In this document: positions 1-12,529 of the stretch, piece by piece | How positions within the stretch are numbered: the stretch's first letter is position 1 | How the letters are laid out: every line of letters begins with the position of its first letter | DNA from: Camelus ferus | Taxonomy: Eukaryota | Length of the DNA: 64,000 nt | Direction of reading: 5' to 3' | Assembly: GCF_009834535.1 (NCBI RefSeq) | Contig: NC_045697.1 | Coordinates: 76,944,001-77,008,000, forward strand | Made by a program: the position numbers and the translations under genes | The notes under the pieces: model-generated | Seen by the model: only the letters and a program-made list of their open reading frames with translations | Database searches by the model: none | Told to the model about the DNA's origin: nothing

Positions 1-202
1 GAGTGACTAGCAATGCTCAGGAAGAGAGCTGCTCTATAAGCCGGGATCCTGGAGTAAAAGTGAACTGCAGCAAAATCCCCAGCTGACCTATTACATGATA
101 TACACAGAGTGTCAGCAAGAAATGCACCTTAGTGATTTCAAGCTCTGAGATTTGGGGATTGCAGGTTATGAAGAACAACCTCACCTAAACTAATTGATAT
201 AC
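1..202 (+). mobile_element. 3' part of an old MaLR LTR (MLT1J/K-like), cut by window start
   Basis: End motif 'aagctctgagatttggggattgcaggttatgaagaacaacctcacctaaactaattgatataca' resembles the MLT1 3' terminus (..ctgagatttgggggttgtttgttac..ctgactaataca). Confidence 0.6.
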
Positions 203-349
203 ATGTTTATATATTAAAGTGTAAAGCTTTCTAAAAGACATCTAAATCATTCAGTAACCAATCACATAGATGGCTAATTTTGAAGCAGCAATATATTAAA
301 TGGTAACCTCATTGTATCTAAAATTCCTTTTCCATCTTGAATCTTCAAT

Positions 350-1140
350 CTCTCTCTCCAGTGGCTCCTCTGACCCAGCAATCAGACATGCTAAAACTTC
401 ACTGCTGATGAGATACCTCCTTCAGTGTTGCCATGCCTTTCAGTTAACTTCTCTTCTCTCTTCTTTTCACTGTCAACATTTCTGAAAGCGTTGTCTATAA
501 TCATTACTTCCACTCCCTATTTTACCTTATGCATCCTAACTTCCACTCCTTATACTTTGAGGGAAAAAATCCTATCAATGAACTTACAATTATCGAATAC
601 ATAGCTCTTTGCTTGGTCCTCATCTTTTCAACTTTTCTTTCACATTCAATGCTGATTACAACTCTTGGTCCTTGCAATTCCTCCTTTTATTTCTATGATA
701 TTATATTATTTTGGCTCTCCTCTGAGAAGCATCTTCTCAGTCTCTTTGTTGGTTCTTGTTACTCCTCTATTTCTCTATGTATAAGTATTCCCTTTTCAAA
801 TCTTTCATCTCTTTTCCATCTCTCCCTTAACAACATCATTCACTTGTACTGCTTCAACTGTCATTAATACACAGAAAATTCCAAAAATCCTCTATCTTCA
901 ATTTGTTTTCTGCGTATTCAGTTACCTGATATATATCTCCTCCTGGCCACACCACTAGAACCACAAAAATAAATACTTTTTAATAACTTTGCAAAAATAT
1001 TATATTTTTGAGTATATATTTCTCCTCTTGTCTTTTCCTTCTCCATTAATATACTCAACAAATCTCAACAATTTAGAGTGATCTTTAATTACTTCCTCTT
1101 CCTCACCGACCACAATCAGTTTCTAAATCCTATCTGTACT
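350..1140 (+). mobile_element. Degraded L2 LINE fragment
   Basis: Pyrimidine-rich tract with L2-like phrases, e.g. 'cttttcactgtcaacatttctgaaagcgttgtctat' and 'tttagagtgatctttaattacttcctcttcctcac'. Confidence 0.6.
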
Positions 1141-1254
1141 CATTACTAATTTAACACAAGACTACTATGAAAAAAAGGCTACATTTTCTGTTGGTATGAT
1201 TTGGTTCAGTAATTTATCACAAAGAACAGAGTAAATACTAAAGAGAAATTGAAT

Positions 1255-1815
1255 ACTATAATGTGTAAAAATAATTATATGCCACAACCAAGTGGGATTT
1301 ACTCCAGCTATACAAGACTGGTTCAATATTCAAAAACCAATTAATGTAGCCCATCACATCAACAGGCTAAGGAAGAAAATTCCTATGATCACATCAATAG
1401 ACGCAGAAAAAGCATCTGACAAAATCCAGCATCTATTCATCATAAAAGTTCACAAAAAACTAGGAGGAGAGGAGACCTTCCTCAACTTGACAATAACATC
1501 TACTAAAAAAAAACTAACATCATATTTAATGGTGAGAAACTAGAAGCTTTCTAATACTAGGACAATGCAAGAATGTCCCTTCTTAATACTCCCATTCAAC
1601 ATCATACTGAAAGTCCTAGCTAATGCAACAAGAAAAGGATATAAAAAGTATATAGACTTTTCACAGATGGCAAGTTGTTAATGTAGAAAATCCCAAAGAA
1701 CTCGGGGGGGGGGGAAGTTCTGGAACTAGTAAGCAATTATAGCAAGATTGCAGGATACAAAGTTAGCACACAAACACAGTTGCTTTCCTATGTACCAGCG
1801 ATGAACAATTGGGAG
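1255..1815 (+). mobile_element. L1 ORF2 (reverse transcriptase region) fragment, disabled
   Basis: ORF 1292-1543 'GFTPAIQDWFNIQKPINVAHHINRL..MITSIDAEKASDKIQH' matches L1 ORF2 'GFIPGMQGWFNIRKSINVIHHIN..SIDAEKAFDKIQ'. Similarity continues downstream ('ttcaacatcatactgaaagtcctagc', 'caagattgcaggatacaaag') with frameshifts and stops. Confidence 0.92.
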
Positions 1816-2259
1816 TTTGTTCACTACCTTCTCTTGGAGTTACATAGTACTTCTGATTCTACCATGACTGATAAATTTGATTTTGTAACACAGAATAGAT
1901 ACGTTAAGTAAATTCTTAGTACTACCTCCAAACTTTGCTATCTTAGTGCATGTGTTGGAGAGAAGCGGTGGGTGTAAAGGAATTTCTTTATCAGGCAATG
2001 ATTATTGCAATGTAAAGTATCAAGGAGCACAGCAAAGCAATGGACTTATATTTGTCATGTAATATAAGAAATACATAATTCATTATCCTAATGATTGTTA
2101 CTTCATGAATCTCAAATGAGTTAAAGATAATCTATGGGAGAAAATGTATTCATCAGCAATATTGTCCAGAGAGCACACAGGATAGCATTTAACTCTAAAA
2201 CAATCATAAAGTTGATATATCTTAAAATAGATTAAAAATTTTCAACAATATGTTTCTGT

Positions 2260-2715
2260 GCTTGAAGACTGCTGGGTTTTCCTCAGCATGCATTCTCTCC
2301 TTCTTGATTTAGTATCAGCCCTCCACATTTCAGCCAAGCATACGGCTGCCTGGCTAAAGACCGCATGTCCCAGACTCTCCTGAAACTAGATGTGTCCACA
2401 GGAATAAGTTTTGGCCAAGGGATTGTGGGTAGACTTTGATATGTAGGACTTCTGGTTTGTACACTGGCCCCCCCCCCATATACTGGAATACCGACATGGT
2501 AAGGGAAAATAAGAAGAGTCATCATGGACCATAAAATGAAAGGCTCCTCATTGAATATAGAAGACAGAGGATCTTGGGTTCCTGATACTGTCAGCCTGCC
2601 AGACCACCCTGACCACTTACTCTGAATTACAAGAGAGGATAAAATCTTCTATCTTGATTGTCACTGTATTTTTAGATTCTTCGTTGCCTTAGAAAATCTC
2701 CTATTCTACCTAATA
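2260..2715 (+). mobile_element. Old ERVL-class LTR (LTR33/LTR16-like)
   Basis: 'tcccagactctcctgaaactagatgtgtccacaggaataagttttggccaaggg' and 'ataaaatcttctatcttgattgtcactgtattttt' resemble LTR16/LTR33 consensus blocks. Confidence 0.55.
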
Positions 2716-3299
2716 AAGTTCCATCTAACACCTTCCTCAAATATACTTCAGGGGCTCTTGACAACATACTTAATTTACCAAACACCTTCTTTTTTCTGAA
2801 GAATCCAATTCACTTCCCATAATTTTACATCATTTTTCTTCACAGCATCTCTGATGTAATACAGCAACAATGCTTTGCATTTGGCTCAACCCCCAGACTC
2901 CATGACCAAGGTGTTCATGTCAGGCTGCTTTCTACCCTGGAAAATAACATCTGGTTCTGTTTCATTACTGCTGTACAAGTTAAATTTCCAGTTTGCAAGG
3001 ACCAAGAACAAGATTATTTTAACCCATTTTCCAGACAAATTCATTTTCACTCATAGCCCTTTCAATTCACCAAAAACAGGCATAATATATAAAGTGATTT
3101 AATAGATAGCAGCTTATGGCTTTTCCCTAAAGTTATCTTAGGGCACAAAATGGTTAACATCTTTCTACTGTACACAGCTCACTGATAATAAATAGATTCC
3201 TCATGTAATAAAGAGTATTTTAGAGTATTTTCATCTATTTGGAAAGCAAAACACTACAAAACATAAACATTCTGTGACTCTCTGGTTTCCCGTGGCACC

Positions 3300-3402
3300 C
3301 CACTTCTCTCTCCATAAGAGTGGATAATTACACTTGCCACAAACTATTTCATGCTGATGTTATGAAGATAAATGAGACAACCTATATATGAAAGCATTTT
3401 GT
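3300..3402 (+). mobile_element. MIR fragment
   Basis: 'gttatgaagataaatgagacaacctatatatgaaagcattttgt' resembles the MIR 3' half. Confidence 0.5.
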
Positions 3403-6046
3403 GGTCCTAGGAAGAATAAATGCACCTAAATCCAAGATGGTATAATTCTTCATAATGTTTTCCAGGGACTTTCTGAACAGCTCCAGAGAGGTCATTACCC
3501 ACAACAAACTTTTGGCACCGAAGGACCACCTTTCTAAAAAAAAATTTCATCCCCTGCACCTGACAACACTTTTCCATTAATTGGGGGTAAGTCCAGATGC
3601 TGTTCTGTTTGGTCATCTCCAATGCTCTAAAAGGATCCAGATTTCTCACTTCAATTTCTTGCACCAATGAAATGAACAAAAAGCCTTCTAAATCACAGGG
3701 GTTTCAGTTGACAGGTTAACAGTGAGACCCATTTCAATCAACTTCAAATGCAAAGCAGATTTGGCAAGAACCAGGGAGGGGATAAGTGGGAAAAGGAAAG
3801 CCTCAGTGGCAGTCTGACAACTCCCTCATGTCTACTGTCTGGTGTAATACATCAGCAACCCCTGAGGACCCATCCAATCAGCTGAACTTGGCCTCAAACT
3901 CAACCAAATGGGGTTCTTTTAGTTAAAATTCCTTAGTTGTGTACAGAAATCTGATTTAGGCATCTAATTTCTGCAGAGAATTTAGAAATAAAATTTATTA
4001 TTGCAAACAAAAAAGCCAGAATTTTACCAATTCAACCCATAAATTATAGCCCTTAACCTGAAATCTAACACATTAGTGACCCTAGTTAACATCCTGTTTA
4101 CCTTCACATTGGGGTTCACTAATAGACTTCTTCGCTTTTCTGTGAAGCGCCAAGTATTTCTGCCTACCCTATACTGTTTTAGGAAGTTGCCAAACAAAGA
4201 AATCGGCAATGAGTATGCCAGCTGCCAGTGGACCTCACTGTGTGTATATGTGATACGGCAGAGTCAAGGCCTCCCATATCAGGTCATCAGTTAGCTCTGG
4301 GGGCTGGAGAGGGAGGCTTTAACATCTTGGCAGTCTTCCTGGAGCATAGTTGTAGTGACGTAAGGTAATATCAGAGTCTGAGTGAATTGTGAGAGGATCA
4401 TTCTAGGTCCTCAGTACAGTTCCATTCTCACTGCTGATGGCTTGTCCCTGAGGCTTCTATCTCTTACAAAATACTTAGGATATAGCTCAGGTGCTGAATA
4501 TCACTTTTCATTGAAATTTCTCAGAATGCTACTTTTCTAGTGGATGGTTTTTCCTTGAGCGAACATTAGTGAAAAAATAGCAGCTTATCTGTTTAGATAA
4601 TGCAGAAGAAAACAGAAAACAGAAAAAAAAAAAAAAACAGGCTAACTGTTGTTTTGAAATAAGCACTAAACATCGCCCAGTAACTCACGACATTTTCCTA
4701 ACTTCATTTATGTTGAATTAGTGATTACTAACCATATTTGCTATGGTTCATTAAAGGGAAACTTCAGGATGTTGAAAAAGTTAGAAACAAAAGAAAGTGA
4801 ATATTTAATTGACAATCATTCAAATAGACCTATAGAGTGAGTAATGTTTTGCAGATCAGTCCTACCCACACGGCGTTACCAGTAACAGTAGCAGAACTTC
4901 CTCTATTAAAGAACAGCTTTCCAACATGACATCATGACACCATTTACTAAGACATTCTTAAACTTCTTCCAGAATCACTGAAACACCTTGCCTAGCCTTT
5001 CTAAAGCAGGCTCATTTGTAATCACTGCTTTTCCCAGTGATCATGAACTAGGTGTCTTGCAGCTTAAAAGATCAAAATAGAAAGAGATTATACGTGTGTA
5101 CCCTTTATGTGTGTACCCTCAGCTAATTAGAGCATAACATCCACTAATGTGAAAATCATACACCTGGGAGAGCTAAAGTGTCCCTAACAGCTCTGAAGCG
5201 GACCTTTCGTTTACCATGCATCAGTCCGGGAAAAATCGCTCTGACTGGAGAAATGAGTTCCTCCAGCTCTTCTGCTTCTGAACACAGGTAACTCAGTACA
5301 CCAAAAATAATAAAATCACTTAGTATACTACGTTCTTGTGGTCTACATGCATTCATTCAGCAAACATATACAGAGGCATTTCTTCTTAGCAGACACTGTT
5401 CCACATCCTGAAGCTACAGCCTCTACCTCACTCTGCCTAGCAGACGGTGCAGAACCCTACAGTCAAAATTTTTCCCAAGGGAAAAAAATATTAGTGCATA
5501 GGAAAAATTTACATTTTTAGATCTCAATCAGGTAGTTTAAAAACAGGAGTTTTTCTCAAAAGGTAATCAGCCTAGTGATTTTAGATTTTTTTTTAAATCC
5601 AATATACTGTTCTATAAAAAGACTATTAATTTTACTGAAGACACTACAAAGAACCACATTATGGAGGAAAGTGATAACTCAAATATTTCTGCTTCTATTT
5701 TGGAGAGAAAGAGGCACACATATATCATGAGTCTGCATGGCTTTCCTTCATCATATCACATTGGAATTCCTGAGTTCTACACTACAGACATGATAGAATC
5801 GTCTCACACGGAATTCAAGGTGCCCTGAGCAAGGTCGTTTCCTTCTCCATCTTCTCGCTTTTCATTAAGCACACAAACACGAACCAGACTATTCTTACAC
5901 TTTCTACCTCCTGCTCCTAGCACTGACCTGAGAAAATAGGTAGCATATAATAAGCAGCAGTTAACTGAATGATATATTTTACTATTGCACTATTGATTAT
6001 ACTCAGTGAGTATGCCTTCAATTTTTATGATGAAGAATGTTAAACA

Positions 6047-6189
6047 GGAAGGAGGGTGTAGCTCAAGTGGTAGACCACATGCTTAGCATGCACGAGGTCG
6101 AGTTCAATCCCCAGTATCTCTATTGAAAAGCCAAATAAGTAAAGAAACCTAATCACCTTTCCCCTGCAAAAAAAAAAAAAAAAAAAAAA
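6047..6189 (+). mobile_element. tRNA-Ala(AGC)-derived SINE (camelid Vic-1-like), full length
   Basis: Head 'gggtgtagctcaagtggtagaccacatgcttagcatgcacgaggtcgagttcaatcccc' with A and B boxes; long pure poly(A); TSD 'aagaatgttaaa' at 6033-6044 and 6190-6201. Confidence 0.92.
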
Positions 6190-8044
6190 AAGAATGTTAA
6201 ATAAAGGCATCTTTTTTGCAGATCCCCTTCCTCTAGACATCTGTTGTTAAAGATCAATGACTTATTCATATTTTCAAATAATTTAACAACCTAAGTGAGA
6301 GTTCTATGCAAGAAAGGATGGACAGAAAAACAATGGGTGTCAGTTGCTCCATGCATATTCAGAATAAGCTCATATCTGTTCCTGTTTCCAAAAGCAGGTG
6401 AAGCTAATCACAAAACAATACTGAATGGTAGAGATGTTATTATACCGAATAGCTGATAGATTATGCCAGAAAAAATGAGACGTCCTGATATGTTCACATT
6501 CAACTTGATGATCCAGTGAACTCCTAAGAGTATTTTATTCAATAAAAATAGAGGCAGCATTAAAATGTAAAATAAAGCAGAAAAGATTAACCGATAAGCT
6601 CTATTTCTTTCCAGATATGTGGTGGTAAACTCTGATGTCTTCGGGGGAAAATATTTCATTTAAAATCCATAAAATAGAATAGAAAGTGTTTATCAGTAAT
6701 AACATTAATAACTGTCCTTTGCTTTCTTTCAACTACCTTGGTAAATAAAACACAATTATTATCCTTGCGATACAAACTATGAACATTTCTACATAATGTG
6801 TCTATCTCACCCAAAAGATTATATGATATTTCCACTCTTTACTAATACTAATCTTTCAACAGAAACACTTGCTCTCAAAAATAAGTATTCAAGCACAATA
6901 TTTGTGCCTTGTTATATATTAATTTTACTGTAGTTCAGTGATGAAACAATTTCAGGAAGGAAAGAGACAGGGAGCAACATAAAGAAGAGAGGCCTCAAAA
7001 AAAACCACTTTAAGAGCTGAAAGTTCTCTAATAGCATAATCATCAAAACAAATTGCAAGCCACATAATATGATCGTTAGAAAACTCCATTTTATATTGAA
7101 TAACTATAATATTTTGTACCAAATTTTCACAATTTTAATTTTTAAAAAGTGTACAATCTCTGTCTCTGTTCTTTCCACAAAGGGATCTTTCTTTGCTTAA
7201 AATTTAAAAATTCACTTCCATTCCAAAAGAGCTCATAATCTAACCACGTTCAATATACAAGCTGTCTCTATTTGGTTGCTGCTCACCCTATGAAACACTG
7301 CACAGTGACGTCTACCTGCAACGTGACAGGTGAGTTGAACCAGCACAGGTCAATAGATATAACTGCAACATGACATAATTTTGTCTCCCACTGTCTCTTT
7401 AGAATTTGTACAGTGGGTGAAATTCTTCCCTTGCCCTGGATTAAAACTCAGACAATCATGACCTTTTTGCTAATTCTTAGGTTAAAAAAATGCCTGTATT
7501 TTCCTTAAGTTGAAAAATATCTCAATCTGGTACCTAGAAAGTCAGTCACACACTATTTAGGCTACCAGCCTCACTCCATGGTCCAGCGATCCCACCACCC
7601 CAGGATACAGCCTACCATCTGGGGGAGGAGGGGGACTTCTCTCTTTCTAGCTCATCTCCTGTCTTACATGACAGCTCCTCATTCTGACTCTTCCAGAATT
7701 GGGTGGGAGATGGATGATCCTAATTATGGAGTGAGAAAAGGTATGGGTGGCACGAACATTCTTATGTAACTGACATCGCACTCTATTAACCTGGAAGACA
7801 TTTAAAAGCTTTTACTTTTGCAGGGTGCTTATGTGAATTTTTAGAGATACCTTCATTGCTGGGATCCTGACCTTGCCAAATATATTTCTAATCTGGTTGT
7901 TTGCTTTACCTCTTTCCAAGCTCCAAGGAATCCAAGGATTCAACAAGAGCTTCTACCTGCTATGGTCTGTTTAGAACCCCAGGCAACCACGTTGAATGAT
8001 ATTTCCTATTATTTCACAATGGCATGCAGTCTGACCTGAGGAGT

Positions 8045-8180
8045 ACTGTAGTAGAAAGAACATGGGCTTTCATATCCTAAAGACCTACATTTTGAATTCT
8101 AGACTCTTTATTTCCTGACAGTTTGCCCTTAAAGAGATCAATTAACCTCTCTGAGCCTCAGTTTCCTTGTCTATAAAATA
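8045..8180 (+). mobile_element. MIR SINE
   Basis: Core 'ttaacctctctgagcctcagtttccttgtctataaaat' with upstream head 'gtagtagaaagaacatgggcttt'. Confidence 0.8.
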
Positions 8181-8271
8181 ATACTCAAATTTTAATGTTC
8201 TTAATGACAATTTTCATGACTCATAGGGCATTAATAATAGGAAGACCAATCAAGAGAATAAGGAAGAATGG

Positions 8272-8774
8272 TGTTCTGGTTATCTACTGCTGCATAGCAG
8301 ACTACCTGTAAACTTAGTGACTTAAAAGAACAATTTATTATTCTGTCTCATGGTTCTGGAGGCTTGGCTGGGTGGTTCTCTTACATGGTTGTAGATGATG
8401 GCCGGGACTACAGCCATTTGAAGGCTTGACTGGGCTGGACATCCAAGATGGCCCACTCATCCGGCTAACAGCTGGACTGGCAACAGGAGCACTTACACAC
8501 AGATCCTCTGCATGGCTTGGCATTCTCACAACATGGAGGCAGAGTTCCAAAAGGGAACATCCCAAGAGCCAGCATTCTAAAAGCCTAGGAAGAGGTTGCA
8601 CACCTTCATAGAACCTCAGAAGTTCCATAACACAACTTCTGCCATGTTCTATTAATCAAGAGATGATCAAAGCCAGCGCAGATTAAGAGGGAAGAGAATT
8701 AGATTCCACTTCTTGACATGAAGAATGGAATATTATACTGGGAGAGAAGGAATAGTTTTCAAACTATCTGCCAC
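8272..8774 (-). mobile_element. MaLR LTR (MLT1G/H/I-like)
   Basis: Starts 'tgttctggttatctactgctgcatagcagactacc..aaacttagtgacttaaaagaacaat', contains 'tccaagatggcccactca', ends 'ctatctgccaca'. This is the typical MLT1 reverse orientation. Confidence 0.8.
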
Positions 8775-9431
8775 AAATAGATAGAGAAGAAAGTGGGAAG
8801 CCAAAGAAGGAGGGAAAAAAATACACTCTAGAGTTCCCTAAAATGAGGTGCACAAACCGAGGCATGTGAGGATAAAATAATCTAACTGCTTAATTTTTTA
8901 ATCTTTTACTTTCTTGGTTTCTATTTTTTATAAAGGAGACAAAATATTAGTAGTCTGGTGTACAAATGATACATGCTCAAAACTTTTCATTAACAGAGAG
9001 GGAGGCAAAGAAGATCTGTCCTCTGCTTCAGGAATGACAGAGTATAAGAATTAGTGACATAGTCTCTACTTAACATTCTTCACCATATGGAGAAGGCAGT
9101 AGAAGAAATATTTTTTTACAAATAATTATAGAGATGTATAATAGAAAATATTTTGAAACCACTGACAAAAGGTGGCCTGTTTCTGCCTGGAAATAGTAAT
9201 GACTTCAAATTGACTACAGGGGACTCATGTGTCGGTATGTACATAAAAACAAAAATACTCGAAAGCTATAGTGGATTTCTAGAATGCTAACTGTCAGATC
9301 ATGATATCTGTTGACTTGATTCCATTGTTTTGAGGTGTGACGAACAGATTCCAATCTTGAGTTTACAGAAATGCCAAAGTACCTATATTTTTACTGAGAT
9401 AGTGACAGTCTTCTCTACTCACTATAAGACA

Positions 9432-9940
9432 TGTGGTGGGTAAATTACAGATATCTGTAAATTATCTGACACTCGTTCCATCAAGAGGTGAGGACTATGT
9501 TCCCTCCCCTTAAATCTGAGTGGGCTCTGTGACTAACTGCCTAATAGAATATAGCACAAGAGACATTGAGCCAGTTTCCAGACCCACGACTTAATAGGCT
9601 GGCAGCTTCTATTTCCTGTCTTTTCAAATACTTGCTCTTGGAATCCAGCTGCCATGCTGTTAAAGAAGCCCAAACAGCCCAACAAGGAGGTTCATGTGGA
9701 AAGGAAATGAGAACCCTGGCCAGCAACTCCAGTTAACCTCCCAGCAACAGTCACTACCAGCTTGCGAGTCATATGAGTGAATCTTCTTTGAAATGGATTC
9801 TGAAGCCTCATTTGAGCCCTCCCAGTGGACTCCACATGGAATAAAGATAAGCTCAGTCCAAACTGCTGATCTGTAAGCACATTAAATGATTGTTGCTATT
9901 TGGGGGGTGGCTTATTCCACAAAAATAGATAACCAGAACA
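9432..9940 (+). mobile_element. MaLR LTR (MLT1G/H-like), near full length
   Basis: TG..CA termini: 'tgtggtggg...ccatcaagaggtgagg..tatgttccctccccttaaatctg...ggggtggcttattccacaaaaatagataaccagaaca'. Confidence 0.82.
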
Positions 9941-11834
9941 ATGTCCTAACTTTAGCTGTCCAAATGGTGAGCTTACTTTAATGCTGCCTTTGTCCCTCAA
10001 TAAATTAAAGACAATGAGTTTCATCTAACATGAGAATCCACCATCTTATTTTATGGCAAGCAACGCAGCAGAACTCTGTTATAACATGGCATTCTATCAC
10101 ATAGACAGGATACTCTGCACGATAATCTTCATCCCTGAAAGTAACCCTACATCACACATGAGAAGCTGATGTCCCACAGTCAAGATGGATTAGCCTCAAG
10201 CCATCCTCATTCTTTTGCCTGGATTCTCCCTGTAATCAGTAACACATCTTGGTGAGGCTGCTGATCTGTGATTAAAGGGACAGTGTGTGGTCATGAAAGA
10301 GAATAAAACTTCAGATTAAGAGGAACTAAATTTGTTTCCTCAGCCTCATAAATGGTGCACTTTAACCAACCTAATCCCAAGCCAAAAAAAAAAAAAAAAG
10401 GAACAGCAAAATATATCAAAAATTTCATAATATTAATTATGCTGTTTCACGTAACAGCATTAAAATGAGATTCCACTGTAGTAAACCAAAAAATTCTACA
10501 TGTATATAGCATTATTCCCTGACTTTATAATTAATATTTCCTATACATAGTCTACAGGAAACTGGGAGTGGCCAGGAAATCAATCTACATTGTGTGTAAG
10601 ACCACTAAGACTAAGAAAAGTCCTAGATTATCAACTTTGTTAGAAAAACCAATAAACAGTAGTTTTACAATTATTAAAATGTATGCTTTTTATTTTCTAA
10701 CAACAGAACTTTGACAGTCTCAGTTTGGATATTAAAAAAAAAAAATCTGTAAAACAAGTGACATGTTGGATGAGGGCCAAGTGGGGAAAAAAAGGTATCA
10801 ACCTGAGATAAAACACGCCACAAAAAGGGAAGCAAGGAAGCATCTACCCTTGGCTTCAGTAAAGCTGGAGAGCTTCAGAACGGATGATGTTAGTCTGTCA
10901 AAGATGCCAGGTAGGACCCTTACTAAGTGCTCAGTGAATGCCACGGCTGCCCTTGGATCTTAGCACAGCTGACATTTCACTGGTGAGAAAGATCTTGTTG
11001 GGTTCCATTCTGGTTTAATCTGGTTTTCAGACTCGTAACAGATGCATTCCATAATTTTTGTTTTAACATGATATACAAGAAAATCTAAATGTACAATCTG
11101 CCTGTGTGTCTGGAGATTTTTCTCTTAGCTTGATGCATTGCCTTTTGATGAACATTCAGCTCAGCAAATTTTATTTCTGTACACTAAGGAATTTTATAGT
11201 TCTAAAAGAGCTTTTAAATCCTCTGGCAGAGATTCATTTATCTTAGTAAAACAATAGCTGGCAGATATACACAGTCTACAGGAAATCAGGGTAACAACTT
11301 GGGTCATTTTTTTAGGTGAGCTACTCAGCAAACTTTGATTTGTCTTCTATGAAATGAAGATTTGTTTCCTTAAATGAAAGTACATGATTTCTTTTTATTT
11401 TATATTCTAAAAGTCAATAAACAAATCGTCAAATAAAATCTGGTCTCTACCAGCTTTCATATTTCACATCTGGGCTATGCAGCTCACAATATTTTCCACT
11501 ATAATACTGCTGTAAAAATAACCCTAAAACATATTAAACTAAGGAAAACAATATAGTTTATCTGGCATCAGCCATCAGCACTCATACTAAAAATTTCCTT
11601 ACTCCCTATAATTTTGATATATGGCCTTTAGTCAATAAGCTATGAATATTTAGGAAATGCCTTTTAAATAACTAATGAAATTACATTCAATTCTTTTGCT
11701 TAGAGATCAGCAGAAAATATGTAAATAAAGTCAGATTTACACTGACTTTTCCCCATATATCAACCAGCTGCTGGTTCTTTGTTATCCAAGAATAATTTCC
11801 ACATTATATCAGGATTTTGAGGGGCAGTGCTCTA

Positions 11835-11960
11835 ACACAGAGTTCCATGAGGGCAGAACTGCCTTTTTCTTGTTCTTGTTCACATTTTGCATCTTCTGCC
11901 CCTGGCACAGCTCCTGGCACATTGAATACACATAAGGTTTATTAGTTGAATGAATACAGC
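11835..11960 (+). mobile_element. L2 3' end fragment
   Basis: 'ttccatgagggcagaac...cctggcacagctcctggcacattg...ttagttgaatgaat'. Confidence 0.7.
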
Positions 11961-12139
11961 AAGAGACACTCCTCAAAGCCATTTTTCCCACCTTCTAAAA
12001 TCAAATGTATATTTGACCACTGTAAGGAATTATTTCTAGGAAGATCTGTTTAATATATTACATGAGTGAGTCAACACATTGGGTTATTGACAACCAGGAA
12101 CAGGTTGAGATATATTTGTTCATCAGAGTAGATAGCTGG

Positions 12140-12405
12140 CACTGGCCCTGACCATGCTGTCTGGAATGTAGCTCCCACACACGTGCCATGCTTATCTACC
12201 TCCATATCTCTTGATCCTCTTTCTATGCTTTACTTATCTTTGTAACAGTTATTATGAAAAATGTTTTATATTTTTAGTGTCTTTATTGTCTGTCAACTCC
12301 TAATAGAATGTAAGTGCATGAGGGTAGGGACTTTATATCACTCTATCCTGTATTCCCAGTGTCTATGACAGTGCCTGACACACAGCAGATTTCGTTTCAT
12401 TTGTT
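12140..12405 (+). mobile_element. L2 3' end fragment
   Basis: 'tagaatgtaagtgcatgagggtagggacttt...tattcccagtgtctatgacagtgcctgacacacagcag'. Confidence 0.75.
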
Positions 12406-12443
12406 GGATGGATGGATGGATGGATGGATGGATGGATGGATGG
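12406..12443 (+). repeat. (GGAT)n tetranucleotide microsatellite at L2 tail
   Basis: About 9 perfect GGAT units directly after the L2 3' end. Confidence 0.95.
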
Positions 12444-12529
12444 AACAAACAAGATTCAAAGAGAACAGAAAATAAACAACTGAATGGGCTTCCATGGAAG
12501 AGTGTAGGAAATTAAAGATAATATTTGGA

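Noticed and set aside
1292..1543. 83-aa ORF as a functional reverse transcriptase gene
   Set aside because: Small fragment of a frameshifted, truncated L1 ORF2
5191..5287. Plus-strand exon alternative (ctaacag|...CAG|gtaact, 97 nt)
   Set aside because: No real polypyrimidine tract, not frame-preserving, and opposite to the inferred host strand. Not fully excluded
6047..6122. Possible tRNA-Ala(AGC) gene (also at 36360-36430 and 63889-63960)
   Set aside because: Broken stems, shared non-tRNA tail, poly(A) and TSDs show these are SINE copies
8830..9165. Possible hAT-Charlie remnant (ends 'tttgaaaccactg')
   Set aside because: Too degraded to assign boundaries or family by eye
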